Below, piece by piece: positions 21,007-32,472 of a stretch of 64,000 nt of DNA (positions are counted from its first letter, which is position 1; each line of letters opens with the position of its first letter). The notes beneath the pieces are model-generated. The model ran no database searches, had not been told where the DNA came from, and saw nothing but the letters and a program-made list of their open reading frames with translations. This DNA is from Rhodothermales bacterium (GTDB lineage Bacteria > Bacteroidota > Rhodothermia > Rhodothermales > VXPQ01), in contig JBBDTI010000031.1 of assembly GCA_040904565.1 (NCBI GenBank), positions 83,831 through 147,830 on the forward strand. Direction: 5' to 3'. Both the position numbers and the translations under genes were made by a program.

Positions 21007-23658
21007 ATGGCTGGATACCCCTTTACCGCGATAGAAGAGAAGTGGCAATCGTATTGGGACGAGAAGAAGACGTTTCGGACGCCGGACCGGCCCGATCCGG
21101 ATCGGGATAAATTCTACGTACTCGACATGTTTCCGTATCCGAGTGGAGCGGGCCTTCACGTCGGGCACCCCGAGGGCTACACGGCCACCGATATCATCGC
21201 GCGATATAAGCGGATGAAGGGGTTCAACGTGCTCCATCCGATGGGATGGGATGCGTTCGGCCTACCGGCCGAGCAGTATGCATTGAAAACGAACACGCAT
21301 CCGCGCGAAACGACCGAGCGGAACATAGTTCGATTTCGCGAACAGCTGAAGTTGCTCGGTTTTTCCTATGACTGGGATCGGGAAGTCAATACGACGGATC
21401 CGGCGTATTTCAAGTGGACCCAGTGGATCTTTCTCAAGCTGTACGAAAAAGGACTGGCCTATCAGAGCGAGGTGCCCGTCTGGTGGTGTCCCGAGCTGGG
21501 AACGACGCTCGCCAACGAGGAAGTCGTCGACGGGAAATCCGAGGTCGGCGGCTACGAATGCGTCCGCAAGCCGCTGCGCCAGTGGATGCTGCGCATTACG
21601 GACTATGCCGAGCGACTCCTGGAGGGCCTCGACGAGCTCGATTGGCCGACAAGCACGAAGGAGATGCAGCGGAACTGGATCGGCAAATCGGAGGGCGCCG
21701 AGGTAGAATTTCGCATCGTAGGCCATCCCGCCGAAAAGCTCCGCGTGTTCACCACGCGGCCGGATACGTTGTTCGGCGCGACCTTCATGGTACTGGCGCC
21801 CGAACACCCGCTCGTGGACACGTTGACCGAGAAGGAGCGGGAGGATGAGGTGCAGGCCTACGTACGCGAGGCCGCCTCGAAAAGTGATCTGGAGCGGACC
21901 GAGCTGCAGAAAGAGAAGACGGGCGTCTTCACCGGGGCCCACGCCGTCAATCCGGTCAACGGGGAGAAAATCCCCATCTGGATAGCGGACTACGTGCTGG
22001 CTACGTACGGTACCGGAGCCATCATGGCCGTGCCGGGCCAGGACGACCGGGACTGGGAGTTCGCAGCGCGGTATGAACTACCGATCGTCCGAACCGTCAA
22101 GCCCCCGCCCGATTTCGAGGGGAAGGCCTATACGGGAGATGGACCGACCATAAATTCCGATGCATCCAACCGAGAAATTCCAGGAATCGCGGAGCACGGC
22201 ATCAGCCTGAACGACCTCCAGGTCGCCGAGGCCAAGGAGAAAATAATCGCCTGGCTCGAAGAGCAGGGCTGCGGGCGCGGCAAGGTGAACTACAAGCTGC
22301 GAGACTGGCTCTTCAGCAGGCAGCGGTACTGGGGTGAGCCGTTTCCCATTGTGTTTGTGGATGGAGAGCCGAAGCCGCTTCCCGAGGACGAGCTGCCCGT
22401 GGAGCTTCCGGAAATCGACGAGTTCAAGCCGAGCGGCAGCGTCGAAGGTCCGCTCGCTACCGTGACCGACTGGGTGGAGACGATCGACCCGGAAACGGGC
22501 AAGCCCGCCAGACGGGAAACGAACACGATGCCCCAGTGGGCGGGATCGTGCTGGTACTATCTTCGCTTTCTCGACCCGCACAACGACGAACGGCTGGTCG
22601 ATCCGGAGAAGGAGAAGTACTGGATGCCGGTCGACCTCTATATCGGAGGATCAGAGCATGCCGTGCTGCACCTGCTCTATGCCCGCTTCTGGCACAAGGT
22701 GCTCTACGATGCCGGTGTCGTGGCCACGCCCGAGCCGTTCGGCACCCTGGTTCACCAGGGCATGATTCTCGGCGAGATGGAATACACGGTCTACGTAAAG
22801 CAGGACGGCACCTACGTCTCCGCGGATCACGTGGTCGACGGCGAAACGGAGTCCGGCGAGCCCGTCGAGGCCGAGAACGTCGAGGAGGCTGACGTAGCAA
22901 AGCAGGGCGACGTGTTCGTCCTGGCCGACGACCCGTCAGTCCGCGTAGATGCCCGCGCCCACAAGATGAGCAAGAGCCGCGGCAACGTGATCAATCCGGA
23001 CGACGTGGTGTCGCGCTACGGCGCGGATTCGCTGCGCCTCTACGAGATGTTTATGGGTCCGCTCGAGCAGGTCAAGCCGTGGAGCATGCGGGGCGTCGAG
23101 GGCGTGCATCGATTTCTGAATCGCGTCTGGCGCCTGCTCGTCGACGAGGCGTCGGGCGATCCGCGCGATGCCGTCACGGATGCGGAGCCGTCGAAAGATC
23201 AGCTCCGCACGCTCCACCGCACGATCGAGAAAGTCGGCGGCGATATCGAAGACCTGAGCTTCAACACGGCCATCGCGGCCATGATGGAGTTCGTGAATGC
23301 CGCCAACAAATGGGACGTGGTGCCGGTCGACATCGCCCGGGATTTCGTTCTCGTTCTGAGTCCGTTTGCCCCCCACCTCTGTGAGGAACTCTGGCGTAAG
23401 CTGGGCGCAAAGGAGACGCTGGCGTACGAGCCGTGGCCGGAGGTCGTCGAGGAGTACCTCAAAGAAGACCAGGTAGAGATCGCCGTGCAGGTGAATGGAA
23501 AGGTTCGGGCGACGATCAACGTCGCTCCGGAGGTATCGAAGGAGAACGTCCTGAAGCTGGCGCGGGCCGAGGAAAACGTCGCGCGATACCTGCAGGAGGG
23601 CGGCGTGCATCGCGAGATCTACGTGCCCGGCCGCATCGTTAATTTCGTCGTGAACTAA
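21007..23658 (+). CDS. leuS: Leucine--tRNA ligase
   Basis: [14 protein letters not shown] (HIGH), [10 protein letters not shown] editing domain, KMSKS. True start MAGYPF at 21007. Confidence 0.98.
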   Translation: MAGYPFTAIEEKWQSYWDEKKTFRTPDRPDPDRDKFYVLDMFPYPSGAGLHVGHPEGYTATDIIARYKRMKGFNVLHPMGWDAFGLPAEQYALKTNTHPRETTERNIVRFREQLKLLGFSYDWDREVNTTDPAYFKWTQWIFLKLYEKGLAYQSEVPVWWCPELGTTLANEEVVDGKSEVGGYECVRKPLRQWMLRITDYAERLLEGLDELDWPTSTKEMQRNWIGKSEGAEVEFRIVGHPAEKLRVFTTRPDTLFGATFMVLAPEHPLVDTLTEKEREDEVQAYVREAASKSDLERTELQKEKTGVFTGAHAVNPVNGEKIPIWIADYVLATYGTGAIMAVPGQDDRDWEFAARYELPIVRTVKPPPDFEGKAYTGDGPTINSDASNREIPGIAEHGISLNDLQVAEAKEKIIAWLEEQGCGRGKVNYKLRDWLFSRQRYWGEPFPIVFVDGEPKPLPEDELPVELPEIDEFKPSGSVEGPLATVTDWVETIDPETGKPARRETNTMPQWAGSCWYYLRFLDPHNDERLVDPEKEKYWMPVDLYIGGSEHAVLHLLYARFWHKVLYDAGVVATPEPFGTLVHQGMILGEMEYTVYVKQDGTYVSADHVVDGETESGEPVEAENVEEADVAKQGDVFVLADDPSVRVDARAHKMSKSRGNVINPDDVVSRYGADSLRLYEMFMGPLEQVKPWSMRGVEGVHRFLNRVWRLLVDEASGDPRDAVTDAEPSKDQLRTLHRTIEKVGGDIEDLSFNTAIAAMMEFVNAANKWDVVPVDIARDFVLVLSPFAPHLCEELWRKLGAKETLAYEPWPEVVEEYLKEDQVEIAVQVNGKVRATINVAPEVSKENVLKLARAEENVARYLQEGGVHREIYVPGRIVNFVVN

Positions 23659-23676
23659 CGCCCGGGAGGTCGCCAG

Positions 23677-24435
23677 ATGTCCGAACTCGACGTGCTCGCC
23701 TTCGGCGCTCACCCCGACGACGTCGAATTATGCGCCGGCGGGACGATCTGCTCGCTGACGAAGCGCGGCTACCGCGTAGGCGTCGTGGATCTCACCCGGG
23801 GGCAGCTCGGGTCGCGAGGTACGCCTGACGGGCGGGACGAGGAGGCGGCGCGCGCCTCGGAAATTATGGGGCTGTCCGTTCGCGAGAACCTCGGGATGAT
23901 GGACGGAGCCATCCATAACACCCGGGAGCACCAGCTGCGGGTCATCCGCGTGCTTCGCACCTACAGGCCTCACGTCGCGCTCATCGGCTCCTTCGAATGC
24001 CGGCACCCGGATCACGGGGCGGGCGCCCGCCTGTGCGCCGACGCGTTCTTCTACGGCGGACTGCGAAAGATCGTGACGCACGATGACGACGGGAGCGAAC
24101 AGGCGCCGTGGAGACCGCATCACGTCCTCCACTACATGCAGGCCATCGATTTCGACCCGACGTTCGTCGTCGACGTGAGTGACGTATGGTCGCAGCGCAT
24201 CGACGCCCTCCGGGCGTTCGAATCGCAGTTTTTCAATCCCGACTACGAGCCGGACGAAGACGAGCCTGAAACGTTTGTCTCCAATGAGGGCTTCTCCCGA
24301 TGGGTCGAAGCGCGGGCTCGGACGTACGGATACCGCATCGGTGCCGAGTACGGCGAACCGTTTCTGTACCGGCAAGGCCCGGTCGGCGTCAGTGACCTCT
24401 TTCGTATATTGAGCGAGGAGCGGCCGTTCCGTTGA
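23677..24435 (+). CDS. bshB1: Bacillithiol biosynthesis N-acetylglucosaminyl-malate deacetylase BshB1 (PIG-L family)
   Basis: AHPDDVELCAGG, DLTRGQLGSRG, RHPDH, GLRKI, YGEPF. Confidence 0.88.
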   Translation: MSELDVLAFGAHPDDVELCAGGTICSLTKRGYRVGVVDLTRGQLGSRGTPDGRDEEAARASEIMGLSVRENLGMMDGAIHNTREHQLRVIRVLRTYRPHVALIGSFECRHPDHGAGARLCADAFFYGGLRKIVTHDDDGSEQAPWRPHHVLHYMQAIDFDPTFVVDVSDVWSQRIDALRAFESQFFNPDYEPDEDEPETFVSNEGFSRWVEARARTYGYRIGAEYGEPFLYRQGPVGVSDLFRILSEERPFR

Positions 24436-24525
24436 GGCCACTCGCGATCACATGAGGGCTACCGTGGAAGATTTCAACCACTCCCCAGGCGAAGATCGTG
24501 ACGTGCCCTGCCGTGAACGTCTCCG

Positions 24526-26016
24526 TCAGTCCTTCTCGTCCATGACGTAGGACAAAAACGCTTCGGCCGTTCGAAACGGTTCGCCGTCGGGAACCACGAT
24601 GGCAGACACAGAGCGCATCAGGTAATCCGCCTGTTGCGGGGCCTCATCCAGCACACGCCCCTTCAGATGCGCAAAAAATCGGCGTGCCGCTCCCGATCCG
24701 GAATCCGACAGGAGGATGACCAGACGCTCGGCATCGAGGTCGACGAGCATGTCGTCCTCTTCGCGAAGTGATTCGGAAACCAGGTCGAGAATGAAGTCAA
24801 AGTCAAACGGACGGGTACTGTCTTCGTCGGGCCGATCCATGCGAAGGGCGACGAGGACGAAGGGTGTTTCGTCGATCTCTTTGCGAATGAACTGCTGCTG
24901 GAGTCGTGCCCGAAACGCCTCACGGTCTGTGTGGCTCGTGCGGGGACTCGCTACCCCCGCGACGGGTCGTGCGCCCGTATTCGGCTCCACGGTGCGACGC
25001 TCGATCGTTCCCGTCCAGCTGCTCGAGGCGTTCGAAAGGTCCGCTCCAGGACGGCGTTCGCGTCCCGCCGAACGTAAAGACCGCGAGCCGGAGCCGCCAA
25101 GGGGAATTCGTGGGATGCGACTCCCGCCGGCTTCCATACGTGCCTTGTGGTTCGGCGAGGAATCCGTCGTCTCCCGAGCGGTTCGCTCTCCGTGCCGACC
25201 CAGTCGAATTGCCCGTACGATCGTTCCACCATGGCGGCGGACGGTATCAGGCGCATCCCAGCGTGCGTTTCGCGGAGAGGAACGTCTGGGGTGTGTCGCT
25301 TCGGTGCGCGAACTCCGGGCCGACAGTGGGATGGGGGACGTGGCGATCCATCGGCGTACGTTCCATTCCCGCTCGACCTCGCATCCAGCGTGGCCGATGT
25401 TTGGGAGGAACGTCACGCGGCGCACGGCAGATGACAGGGCCTCCGCCTCTTCTATGTGCAATGCGCCCGTCATCTGCCGGTGCATGAATGTGATGACGGC
25501 ATCAGATTCCTCATTGGCGGGTTCCGCCATCGTGAGTACGAGCGTGGCGTCCGCCGCATCGAGGCGATTCAGCATGTCGATGAACGCATTTCGAAACCGA
25601 TCGAACGATATAAATCGAACGAACGGCATGAAGTCGTCGATGACGACGCGCGACGGGCCCACTCGCTCAACGGTAGCAGCAAGGGCTTCCAGGTGCATGG
25701 CTCGTCCGTCATCATCCGTCTCCGGCGAGCCGGCATGCAGGGGAAGGCGCTCGATCCGAGTTGCCGCGGGCTCATTCAGCACGATGCCTGCCTGTCTGGC
25801 CCGCTCGATCACGTCCCGCGTGGACTGCGAAGAGAGGTAGAGGGACGGCGCGGAGGCATCACCTTGCGCCGCAAATAGGAGCGGTATAAGGCCGCGGCTG
25901 CTCTCTGAACGGCCGAAGACTAGATACGACCCGCCTTCGTACAGTCCCCCCCAGGCATCGTCGATGAGATCGACGCCAGAAGATAATTTAGGTGCGTATC
26001 CCACGTCGGTGGTCAT
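24526..26016 (-). CDS. RAD55/KaiC-like ATPase-fold protein with low-complexity linker and degenerate GGDEF-like C-terminus
   Basis: SSGVDLIDDAWGGLYEGGSYLVFG (KaiC-like start, Walker A degenerate), RVVIDD (Walker B-like), C-terminal LREEDDMLVDLDAERLVILL. Confidence 0.65.
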   Translation of the reverse strand: MTTDVGYAPKLSSGVDLIDDAWGGLYEGGSYLVFGRSESSRGLIPLLFAAQGDASAPSLYLSSQSTRDVIERARQAGIVLNEPAATRIERLPLHAGSPETDDDGRAMHLEALAATVERVGPSRVVIDDFMPFVRFISFDRFRNAFIDMLNRLDAADATLVLTMAEPANEESDAVITFMHRQMTGALHIEEAEALSSAVRRVTFLPNIGHAGCEVEREWNVRRWIATSPIPLSARSSRTEATHPRRSSPRNARWDAPDTVRRHGGTIVRAIRLGRHGERTARETTDSSPNHKARMEAGGSRIPRIPLGGSGSRSLRSAGRERRPGADLSNASSSWTGTIERRTVEPNTGARPVAGVASPRTSHTDREAFRARLQQQFIRKEIDETPFVLVALRMDRPDEDSTRPFDFDFILDLVSESLREEDDMLVDLDAERLVILLSDSGSGAARRFFAHLKGRVLDEAPQQADYLMRSVSAIVVPDGEPFRTAEAFLSYVMDEKD

Positions 26017-26326
26017 GGCCTCGTAGACGTTCCTGCTAACTCCATACCGGGTGAGCACAAACGGCATGCCGACTTTAGGAAAACGGGCTAAAACGGGCCT
26101 TCATGGGCTAAAATAGATGGAATCGATCCGTTTTCGGCTGAATCGTCGCGCCGAGAATCCCTTTTTGAGATATAAGCATTCGCTAAATGAGATAATTAAG
26201 CGCGCGCTTACAGGGATGTTGAGATCTCTCGTCGCCGGATGTTCTTTAAGCGGCGCCTGGACGAGATAGGGCCGGGAGAGGATACTGCGACGGTGACGTA
26301 CCGCGGCGCGCGTACGTACAAGACCG

Positions 26327-27010
26327 TCAATCCAGGACGAAATCGACGGTAGAAGAGCTGCGGATGAGGCGGTTCTGGGGATCTATGGCGTCCACACGCA
26401 GCGAATACGCGCGGCCTGGACTCAGATCTTCACGCATAGTCTGCATGATCGAATCCGACGCCGCAACGTGCTCCTCCATGGTTTCGTACGTGCCGGCCAC
26501 CCGAGCTTCGTCGATATCCCACACGACCAGTCGGTATTTGTACGCATTTTCAACCTCCGGCCACTCGATGGAAGGGCCGGGGAGGGACACGTCTACCGTC
26601 AGCTCGGCGCCTGAACGGGACGTGGTCGAACGCAGCGCATCGGTTGGTGGACCGAACGACAGGCGAAGTATCATTCCGACGACAAATACAAAGAGGGTCG
26701 CAGCCACATAGCGTTTCGCTCCCTCCATCCAGCCCGGCCGACTGCGCCGCTCGCTCCGGGCGATAGTCCGACGGGCAGGCCTTCTCCCTGCAAACTTTTT
26801 CTCTGCAGACGTTCTATCGCGAGCGGCCGGGTCATCGGCCCCTGAGCTGCGAGCCGCCTGAAGCGCATCGGCAGCCATGCGCACGACTTCCCGAGCATCC
26901 GAATTCCCGGCAAGATACTCGACCACCTCTTCGCGTTCGTCGTCGCCAAGTGTACCGGCGAGGAAGGCGGCAAGCGTATACTCGTCGATTACTCGATCAG
27001 ATTCTTGCAT
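26327..27010 (-). CDS. Anti-sigma-factor-like single-pass membrane protein (zf-HC2-like N-terminus without Cys)
   Basis: IDEYTLAAFLAGTLGDDEREEVVEYLA, then a TM helix (YVAATLFVFVVGMIL) and a beta-rich C-terminal domain (WPEVENAYKYRLVV). Confidence 0.6.
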   Translation of the reverse strand: MQESDRVIDEYTLAAFLAGTLGDDEREEVVEYLAGNSDAREVVRMAADALQAARSSGADDPAARDRTSAEKKFAGRRPARRTIARSERRSRPGWMEGAKRYVAATLFVFVVGMILRLSFGPPTDALRSTTSRSGAELTVDVSLPGPSIEWPEVENAYKYRLVVWDIDEARVAGTYETMEEHVAASDSIMQTMREDLSPGRAYSLRVDAIDPQNRLIRSSSTVDFVLD

Positions 27011-27703
27011 ATGACCTGACGCACCATCATGACTTCGGCACACGGGGGTGTTCGGCTGCTCCGTACGAGGTGGCGTACGCTATAGTGTACGTATTAGCGC
27101 ACCGGTTCTTGTGCTCACTCTTTGTGCACGAACTCTCATGTACCAAATTTCGTGCACGCAACTGCCGCGTTCAAGTGCGGCAACCTCGTCTTTCGCATGT
27201 ACTTTTCGTTCGTGCGCTTCTCCTATAGAGTTACGAATAATTATCCGAAAGTCGGAGTGTAAAGTGGAAAATTTCTGTATCTATTGGGGGCGGAACGGTG
27301 CATGATGTCGAGCGAGACCTGCGTTCGTCTCACGATATCACTCCGGCTGGGACGGGTATGGGGCGAGGAGCGTTGGCCAGATGAGTAGGGCGCCGTACTG
27401 ATGCGGGAGCGATCCGAGGGTCTGGGCGTTATTCCCGACAAGGAGGGCTGGAACGGGAGGCCGAAGATGCTGTAGCGACGCGTTGCATGCGGCCTTTTGA
27501 ATTGTTTGTGAGGCGGGAGAACGTGCCGGTTCGCGCGCGTTCGCAAACGCCGGCGCGATTGACTCCCAGGCGAGCCTGAGGGTATATTGATGTTCTTGAG
27601 GGGAAACGTGCATGAGGCATGGTTGCCCGCGAGTCGCTACCTCGCCACGTTGCGGGAGAAAGCTTCGTTCGTTGCGTACCGCGCATTCAGAAATCTAGGC
27701 GAC

Positions 27704-28282
27704 ATGGCTGATACAAGTGATTTTAGAAACGGGCTCACGCTGGTCTGGCACGGAGACCTGTGGTCGATCGTTGACTTTCTTCACGTGAAGCCTGGTAAGG
27801 GCGGGGCCTTCGTGCGGACGAAGCTGAAGAATGTTCGTTCCGGAAAGGTAGTGGATAATACGTTCCGTGCCGGCGAAAAGGTGGAAACCGCACGTATTGA
27901 GCGCCGACCGCATCAGTATCTGTACAAAGATGATCTGGGGCTTCACTTCATGAACACCGAGACCTACGAACAGTTTTCGCTGCCGGCCGAACGGGTTGCC
28001 GGTCGGGAGTTCATGAAGGAGGGTGGCATGGTGGACATCCTGTTCTATGCGGAGAAAGAAGAGCCGCTGACCGTAGAGATCCCGGAGCGTGTCGATTACG
28101 AAGTGGTGAAGACCGATCCGGGGCTCAAAGGTGATACGGCTACCGGAGGCAGCAAACCCGCCACGGTGGAGAGTGGTGCGGTGGTTCAGGTGCCCCTCTT
28201 CATCGAGGAGGGTGACGTGATCACCGTCAATACGGAGACGGGTGAGTACGTTACGCGCGTTTCGACAGCCAACAAGGTCTGA
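27704..28282 (+). CDS. efp: Elongation factor P
   Basis: [42 protein letters not shown]. Confidence 0.98.
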   Translation: MADTSDFRNGLTLVWHGDLWSIVDFLHVKPGKGGAFVRTKLKNVRSGKVVDNTFRAGEKVETARIERRPHQYLYKDDLGLHFMNTETYEQFSLPAERVAGREFMKEGGMVDILFYAEKEEPLTVEIPERVDYEVVKTDPGLKGDTATGGSKPATVESGAVVQVPLFIEEGDVITVNTETGEYVTRVSTANKV

Positions 28283-28341
28283 TCGGAGCGTGCCGTTGTC
28301 GCCAGCACCCATCGATATCCTGTACATTCAGGTTCGTCATA

Positions 28342-28902
28342 ATGGATCTCGCCAAGATCAAAGAGCTACTGAGAATAGTCGCCGAGAGCGGCGTTGCCGA
28401 AGTCGAAATCGAGGAGGATGAGTTCAAGCTCGTCGTTCGGAAGAACGCGCCCTCGGTAATGATGCAGTCTCCGCCGATGTATCCGTCGTACGGGATGCCG
28501 TACCCGATGGGAGGCTTTCCATCCGAGGGGAGCGCGCCGTCCGCGATGTCCGGAGCTCCCGCCCAGCCTTCATCGCAGCCGTCTTCCTCGGCCACGTCAG
28601 ATGCTTCAGCGGGCTCGGAGGCAGGCGGACAGGACGACTCGGCGTCGGCTTCTGCGGAGAATGAGGTGGTGGTAAAGGCACCGATTGTGGGCACGTTCTA
28701 CCGGAAGCCCTCGCCGGACGAGGATGATTTTGTGGCCGTTGGGGACGAGGTGAATGCCGGCGACGTCCTCTGTATCATCGAGGCGATGAAGCTGATGAAT
28801 GAAATCGAATGTGAGGTACATGGGCACGTCAAGAAAATATTCGTCGAGGATGCGCAGCCGGTCGAGTACGACCAGCCTCTTTTCGTGATCGAAACTCCGT
28901 AG
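28342..28902 (+). CDS. accB: Acetyl-CoA carboxylase biotin carboxyl carrier protein
   Basis: [13 protein letters not shown], biotinylation motif [17 protein letters not shown]. Confidence 0.97.
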   Translation: MDLAKIKELLRIVAESGVAEVEIEEDEFKLVVRKNAPSVMMQSPPMYPSYGMPYPMGGFPSEGSAPSAMSGAPAQPSSQPSSSATSDASAGSEAGGQDDSASASAENEVVVKAPIVGTFYRKPSPDEDDFVAVGDEVNAGDVLCIIEAMKLMNEIECEVHGHVKKIFVEDAQPVEYDQPLFVIETP

Positions 28903-28982
28903 CGCGGTTTCCAGCCTATCATTTCTTCCGGCGGTGAACGCCGCTAATCCACGTAAAAGCTAAGGTCGAAGAGTCCGGCACG

Positions 28983-30365
28983 GTGATCAAGAAGGTCCTT
29001 ATTGCAAATCGCGGAGAGATCGCGCTCCGCATCATTCGTACCTGCCATGAAATGGGCCTGCGTACCGTCGCGGTGTTCTCGACGGCGGATCGCGACGCGC
29101 TGCACGTCCGTTTTGCCGACGAAGCCGTCTGTATCGGTCCGCCGCCGTCCAGGGAGAGCTATCTTCGTCCGGATCGTATCATCTCTGCCGTGGAAGTCAC
29201 GGGAGCTGATGCCGTTCATCCCGGATACGGCTTTCTGTCAGAGAATGCCGATTTCAGCGCCATCTGCGAAGACCACGGTGTCACGTTCATCGGCCCGCCT
29301 CCGGAAACGATCCGCCTGATGGGAGACAAGAGCGAGGCCAAGGCGACGATGGACCAGGCGGGCGTGCCCACCGTTCCGGGCTCGAAGGGCATTGTTGAGG
29401 ACGTGAAGTCAGGTAAGCGGGTGGCTGCGGAGATCGGATATCCGGTCATGATCAAAGCGTCAGCAGGCGGCGGTGGGCGGGGGATGCGCGTCGTTCGCAC
29501 GGAGGACGAGTTCGCGCGCCAGTTCTCGGCGGCGCGGACTGAGGCGGAAGCGTCGTTTGGCAATCCCGACGTCTACCTCGAAAAGTTCGTCGTCGAGCCA
29601 CGCCACGTCGAGATACAGGTGCTCGGCGACGGTCAGGGTAACGTAATTCATTTTGGCGAGCGCGAGTGCTCCATCCAACGCCGGCACCAGAAGCTGCTCG
29701 AGGAGGCGCCGTCGCCGGTCGTAGATGCCGATCTCCGCCGGCGTATGGGCGAGGCGGCGGTGGCGGGCTCCGAAGCGGTCAACTACACGGGAGCCGGAAC
29801 GGTGGAATTTCTCGTGGATGCGGATCGTAACTTTTACTTCATGGAGATGAATACACGGATCCAGGTAGAGCATCCCGTGACGGAGGAGATCACGGATTGC
29901 GACCTGATCGAGTATCAGATTCGTGTGGCGATGGGTGAAAACGTGCGAAAGCGAGACGTTGCGATGGACGGCCACGCGATCGAATGTCGCATCAACGCAG
30001 AAAACCCATTTAATAGGTTCAGCCCGTCCCCCGGTAAGATCACCGCGTTTCATCCGCCCGGAGGTCACGGGGTTCGGGTCGACACGCACGCGTACGGCGG
30101 ATATTCGATACCGCAGTACTATGACTCGCTCGTAGCGAAGCTTATCGTACGCGGGCGTACCCGCGAACTGGCGATTCGTAAGATGATGCGTGCGCTCGAT
30201 GAGTTCGTCATCGAGGGCGTGCATACGACCATCCCGTTTCATCGCCAGCTCATGGCCGATTCCGCCTTTCAAGCCGGTGAATTTACCACGGGCTTTCTGG
30301 ATACCTTCGAACTCAAGGACCCCGGAACGGGTATCGACGCTACCCAGCCCGTGCGTGGCCTGTAG
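28983..30365 (+). CDS. accC: Acetyl-CoA carboxylase biotin carboxylase subunit
   Basis: [50 protein letters not shown]. Confidence 0.97.
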   Translation: MIKKVLIANRGEIALRIIRTCHEMGLRTVAVFSTADRDALHVRFADEAVCIGPPPSRESYLRPDRIISAVEVTGADAVHPGYGFLSENADFSAICEDHGVTFIGPPPETIRLMGDKSEAKATMDQAGVPTVPGSKGIVEDVKSGKRVAAEIGYPVMIKASAGGGGRGMRVVRTEDEFARQFSAARTEAEASFGNPDVYLEKFVVEPRHVEIQVLGDGQGNVIHFGERECSIQRRHQKLLEEAPSPVVDADLRRRMGEAAVAGSEAVNYTGAGTVEFLVDADRNFYFMEMNTRIQVEHPVTEEITDCDLIEYQIRVAMGENVRKRDVAMDGHAIECRINAENPFNRFSPSPGKITAFHPPGGHGVRVDTHAYGGYSIPQYYDSLVAKLIVRGRTRELAIRKMMRALDEFVIEGVHTTIPFHRQLMADSAFQAGEFTTGFLDTFELKDPGTGIDATQPVRGL

Positions 30366-30434
30366 ACGTACGACGTCTCCACTGCAGGTCGAATCTTACA
30401 TACCTTCAACCACTCAGGCAGTACGTACAGCTCC

Positions 30435-30818
30435 ATGAAGATCCCGGATGAACTTCGATATACGAAAGAGCACGAGTGGATTCGGATCGAGGACGACGGT
30501 GAAACGGCTGTCATCGGTGTGACGGATTTTGCGCAGGGAGAGCTCGGCGACATCGTGTTCGTGGAGATCGAGCCGGTTGATTCCGAAATCGATAAGGACG
30601 AACCCTTCGGTACGGTCGAGGCCGTAAAGACCGTCTCGGAGCTGTTCATGCCGTTATCGGGTCGTATCGCTGAGATCAATGAGGAACTCGAGGCACATCC
30701 CGAATACGTTAACGACGATCCATACGGAGAGGGCTGGATGGTCAAGATCCGACTTTCGGATCCCGATGAATCCCACGATCTCCTGGACGCCGATCAGTAC
30801 GCGTCGATGATCGGCTAG
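30435..30818 (+). CDS. gcvH: Glycine cleavage system H protein
   Basis: YTKEHEW, GVTDFAQGELGDIVFVE, lipoyl motif VEAVKTVS, VNDDPYGEGW. Confidence 0.97.
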   Translation: MKIPDELRYTKEHEWIRIEDDGETAVIGVTDFAQGELGDIVFVEIEPVDSEIDKDEPFGTVEAVKTVSELFMPLSGRIAEINEELEAHPEYVNDDPYGEGWMVKIRLSDPDESHDLLDADQYASMIG

Positions 30819-30903
30819 CTGCTGGTGACAGCGCGGGTTGCGCGGCCCGATTCCCGTACCCCATCCTGGACGTCGATACCCGTAATTCGCAAACGGACAC
30901 GTA

Positions 30904-32472
30904 ATGCACGAGCGCATCATTATACTCGACTTCGGAAGTCAGTACACGCAGCTCATCGCGCGGCGCATCCGCGAAGCGGGCGTGTACTCCGAGATTCATC
31001 CCTGCACGGTTTCTCCTGAGGAGATCCGCGAGATGAACCCAAAGGGGCTCATCCTTTCCGGAGGCCCCTTTTCCGTGTTCGATCCGGAGGGACCGCAGCT
31101 CGATCCCGCGTACCTTGAAATGGAGCGGGGGGATGGTGGGTTGGTCCCTGTGCTCGGCATTTGCTATGGGTTGCAGGCGATGGCGCATCTTTTGGATGGA
31201 TCGGTCGAGCGGGCAGATCGCCGCGAATTCGGTAGGGCGAATCTGCTTATCGACGATCCGTCGGGATTGTTTGAAGGAGTGCCGAGCGGTACGACGGTGT
31301 GGATGAGTCACAGCGACCATCTGACGGCCCTGCCGGAGGGATACACCGTCATCGCGCATACGGATAATGCGCCGATCGCGGCCGTAAAATCCAATCTCCT
31401 GCCCCATTTTGGCGTCCAGTTTCACCCTGAGGTCGTGCACACGGATTCCGGGCGTCTCATTCTCGAGAACTTCGCGCTGGACATCTGCGCGTGCCGGGGC
31501 GACTGGACGCCGTCCTCGTTTGTCGAAGAAAAAACAGCGGAAATTCGCGAGCTGGTCGGTGACGATCACGTTATCCTCGGATTGTCGGGAGGCGTTGATT
31601 CCTCCGTGGCCGCCGTCCTCCTTTACGAAGCGATCGGCGAGCAGCTCACGTGCATTTTCGTCAATAACGGGGTACTCCGGAAGGCGGAATGGGGACAGGT
31701 CCAGAAAACGTTTCGAGATCACTATCATATCCGCCTGAAGGCCATCGACGCGAGCAATCTGTTCCTCGATCGGTTGGAGGGCGTCGCGGAGCCTGAGAAG
31801 AAGCGAAAGGTCATCGGGAACACGTTTGTCGAGGTTTTCGATACGGCAACGGATGAGATCGCGAAGGAGATCGGTACCCGGCCCACGTATCTGGCGCAGG
31901 GTACGCTTTATCCCGACGTGATCGAAAGCATATCGTTCAAAGGCCCTTCGGCGACGATTAAGACGCATCACAACGTCGGAGGCCTGCCTGAGAAGCTTAA
32001 TTTCGATATCATCGAGCCGTTCCGGGAGCTTTTCAAGGACGAGGTGCGCGAAATCGGACGGATTCTCGGCGTGCCCGACGCCATCATCAACCGGCATCCG
32101 TTCCCGGGGCCCGGTCTGGCGATACGCGTGATTGGACCCGTCACACGTGAGGATCTCCAGATACTCAGAGAGGCCGACGCGATCTTTATCGAAGAGCTCC
32201 AGCTCAGTGGTCTGTATCATACCGTCTGGCAGGCCTTCGCCGTGCTGTTACCCGTGCAGACGGTCGGCGTAATGGGGGATGAGCGGACGTACGAGAACGT
32301 TTGTGCCTTGCGGGCTGTTACCAGTGTGGATGGGATGACGGCCGACTGGGCCCAGCTACCCTACGACTTTCTGGGACGTGTGTCGAACCGAATCGTCAAC
32401 GAGATCCCCGGTATCAACCGCACGGTATACGATATCAGTTCAAAGCCCCCCGCGACGATCGAATGGGAATAA
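30904..32472 (+). CDS. guaA: GMP synthase (glutamine-hydrolysing)
   Basis: [41 protein letters not shown]-terminal KPPATIEWE. Confidence 0.98.
   Translation: MHERIIILDFGSQYTQLIARRIREAGVYSEIHPCTVSPEEIREMNPKGLILSGGPFSVFDPEGPQLDPAYLEMERGDGGLVPVLGICYGLQAMAHLLDGSVERADRREFGRANLLIDDPSGLFEGVPSGTTVWMSHSDHLTALPEGYTVIAHTDNAPIAAVKSNLLPHFGVQFHPEVVHTDSGRLILENFALDICACRGDWTPSSFVEEKTAEIRELVGDDHVILGLSGGVDSSVAAVLLYEAIGEQLTCIFVNNGVLRKAEWGQVQKTFRDHYHIRLKAIDASNLFLDRLEGVAEPEKKRKVIGNTFVEVFDTATDEIAKEIGTRPTYLAQGTLYPDVIESISFKGPSATIKTHHNVGGLPEKLNFDIIEPFRELFKDEVREIGRILGVPDAIINRHPFPGPGLAIRVIGPVTREDLQILREADAIFIEELQLSGLYHTVWQAFAVLLPVQTVGVMGDERTYENVCALRAVTSVDGMTADWAQLPYDFLGRVSNRIVNEIPGINRTVYDISSKPPATIEWE

Noticed and set aside
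27011-27703. tRNA or known riboswitch in the long spacer before efp
   Set aside because: No cloverleaf with T-loop/CCA and no riboswitch consensus recognisable by eye.
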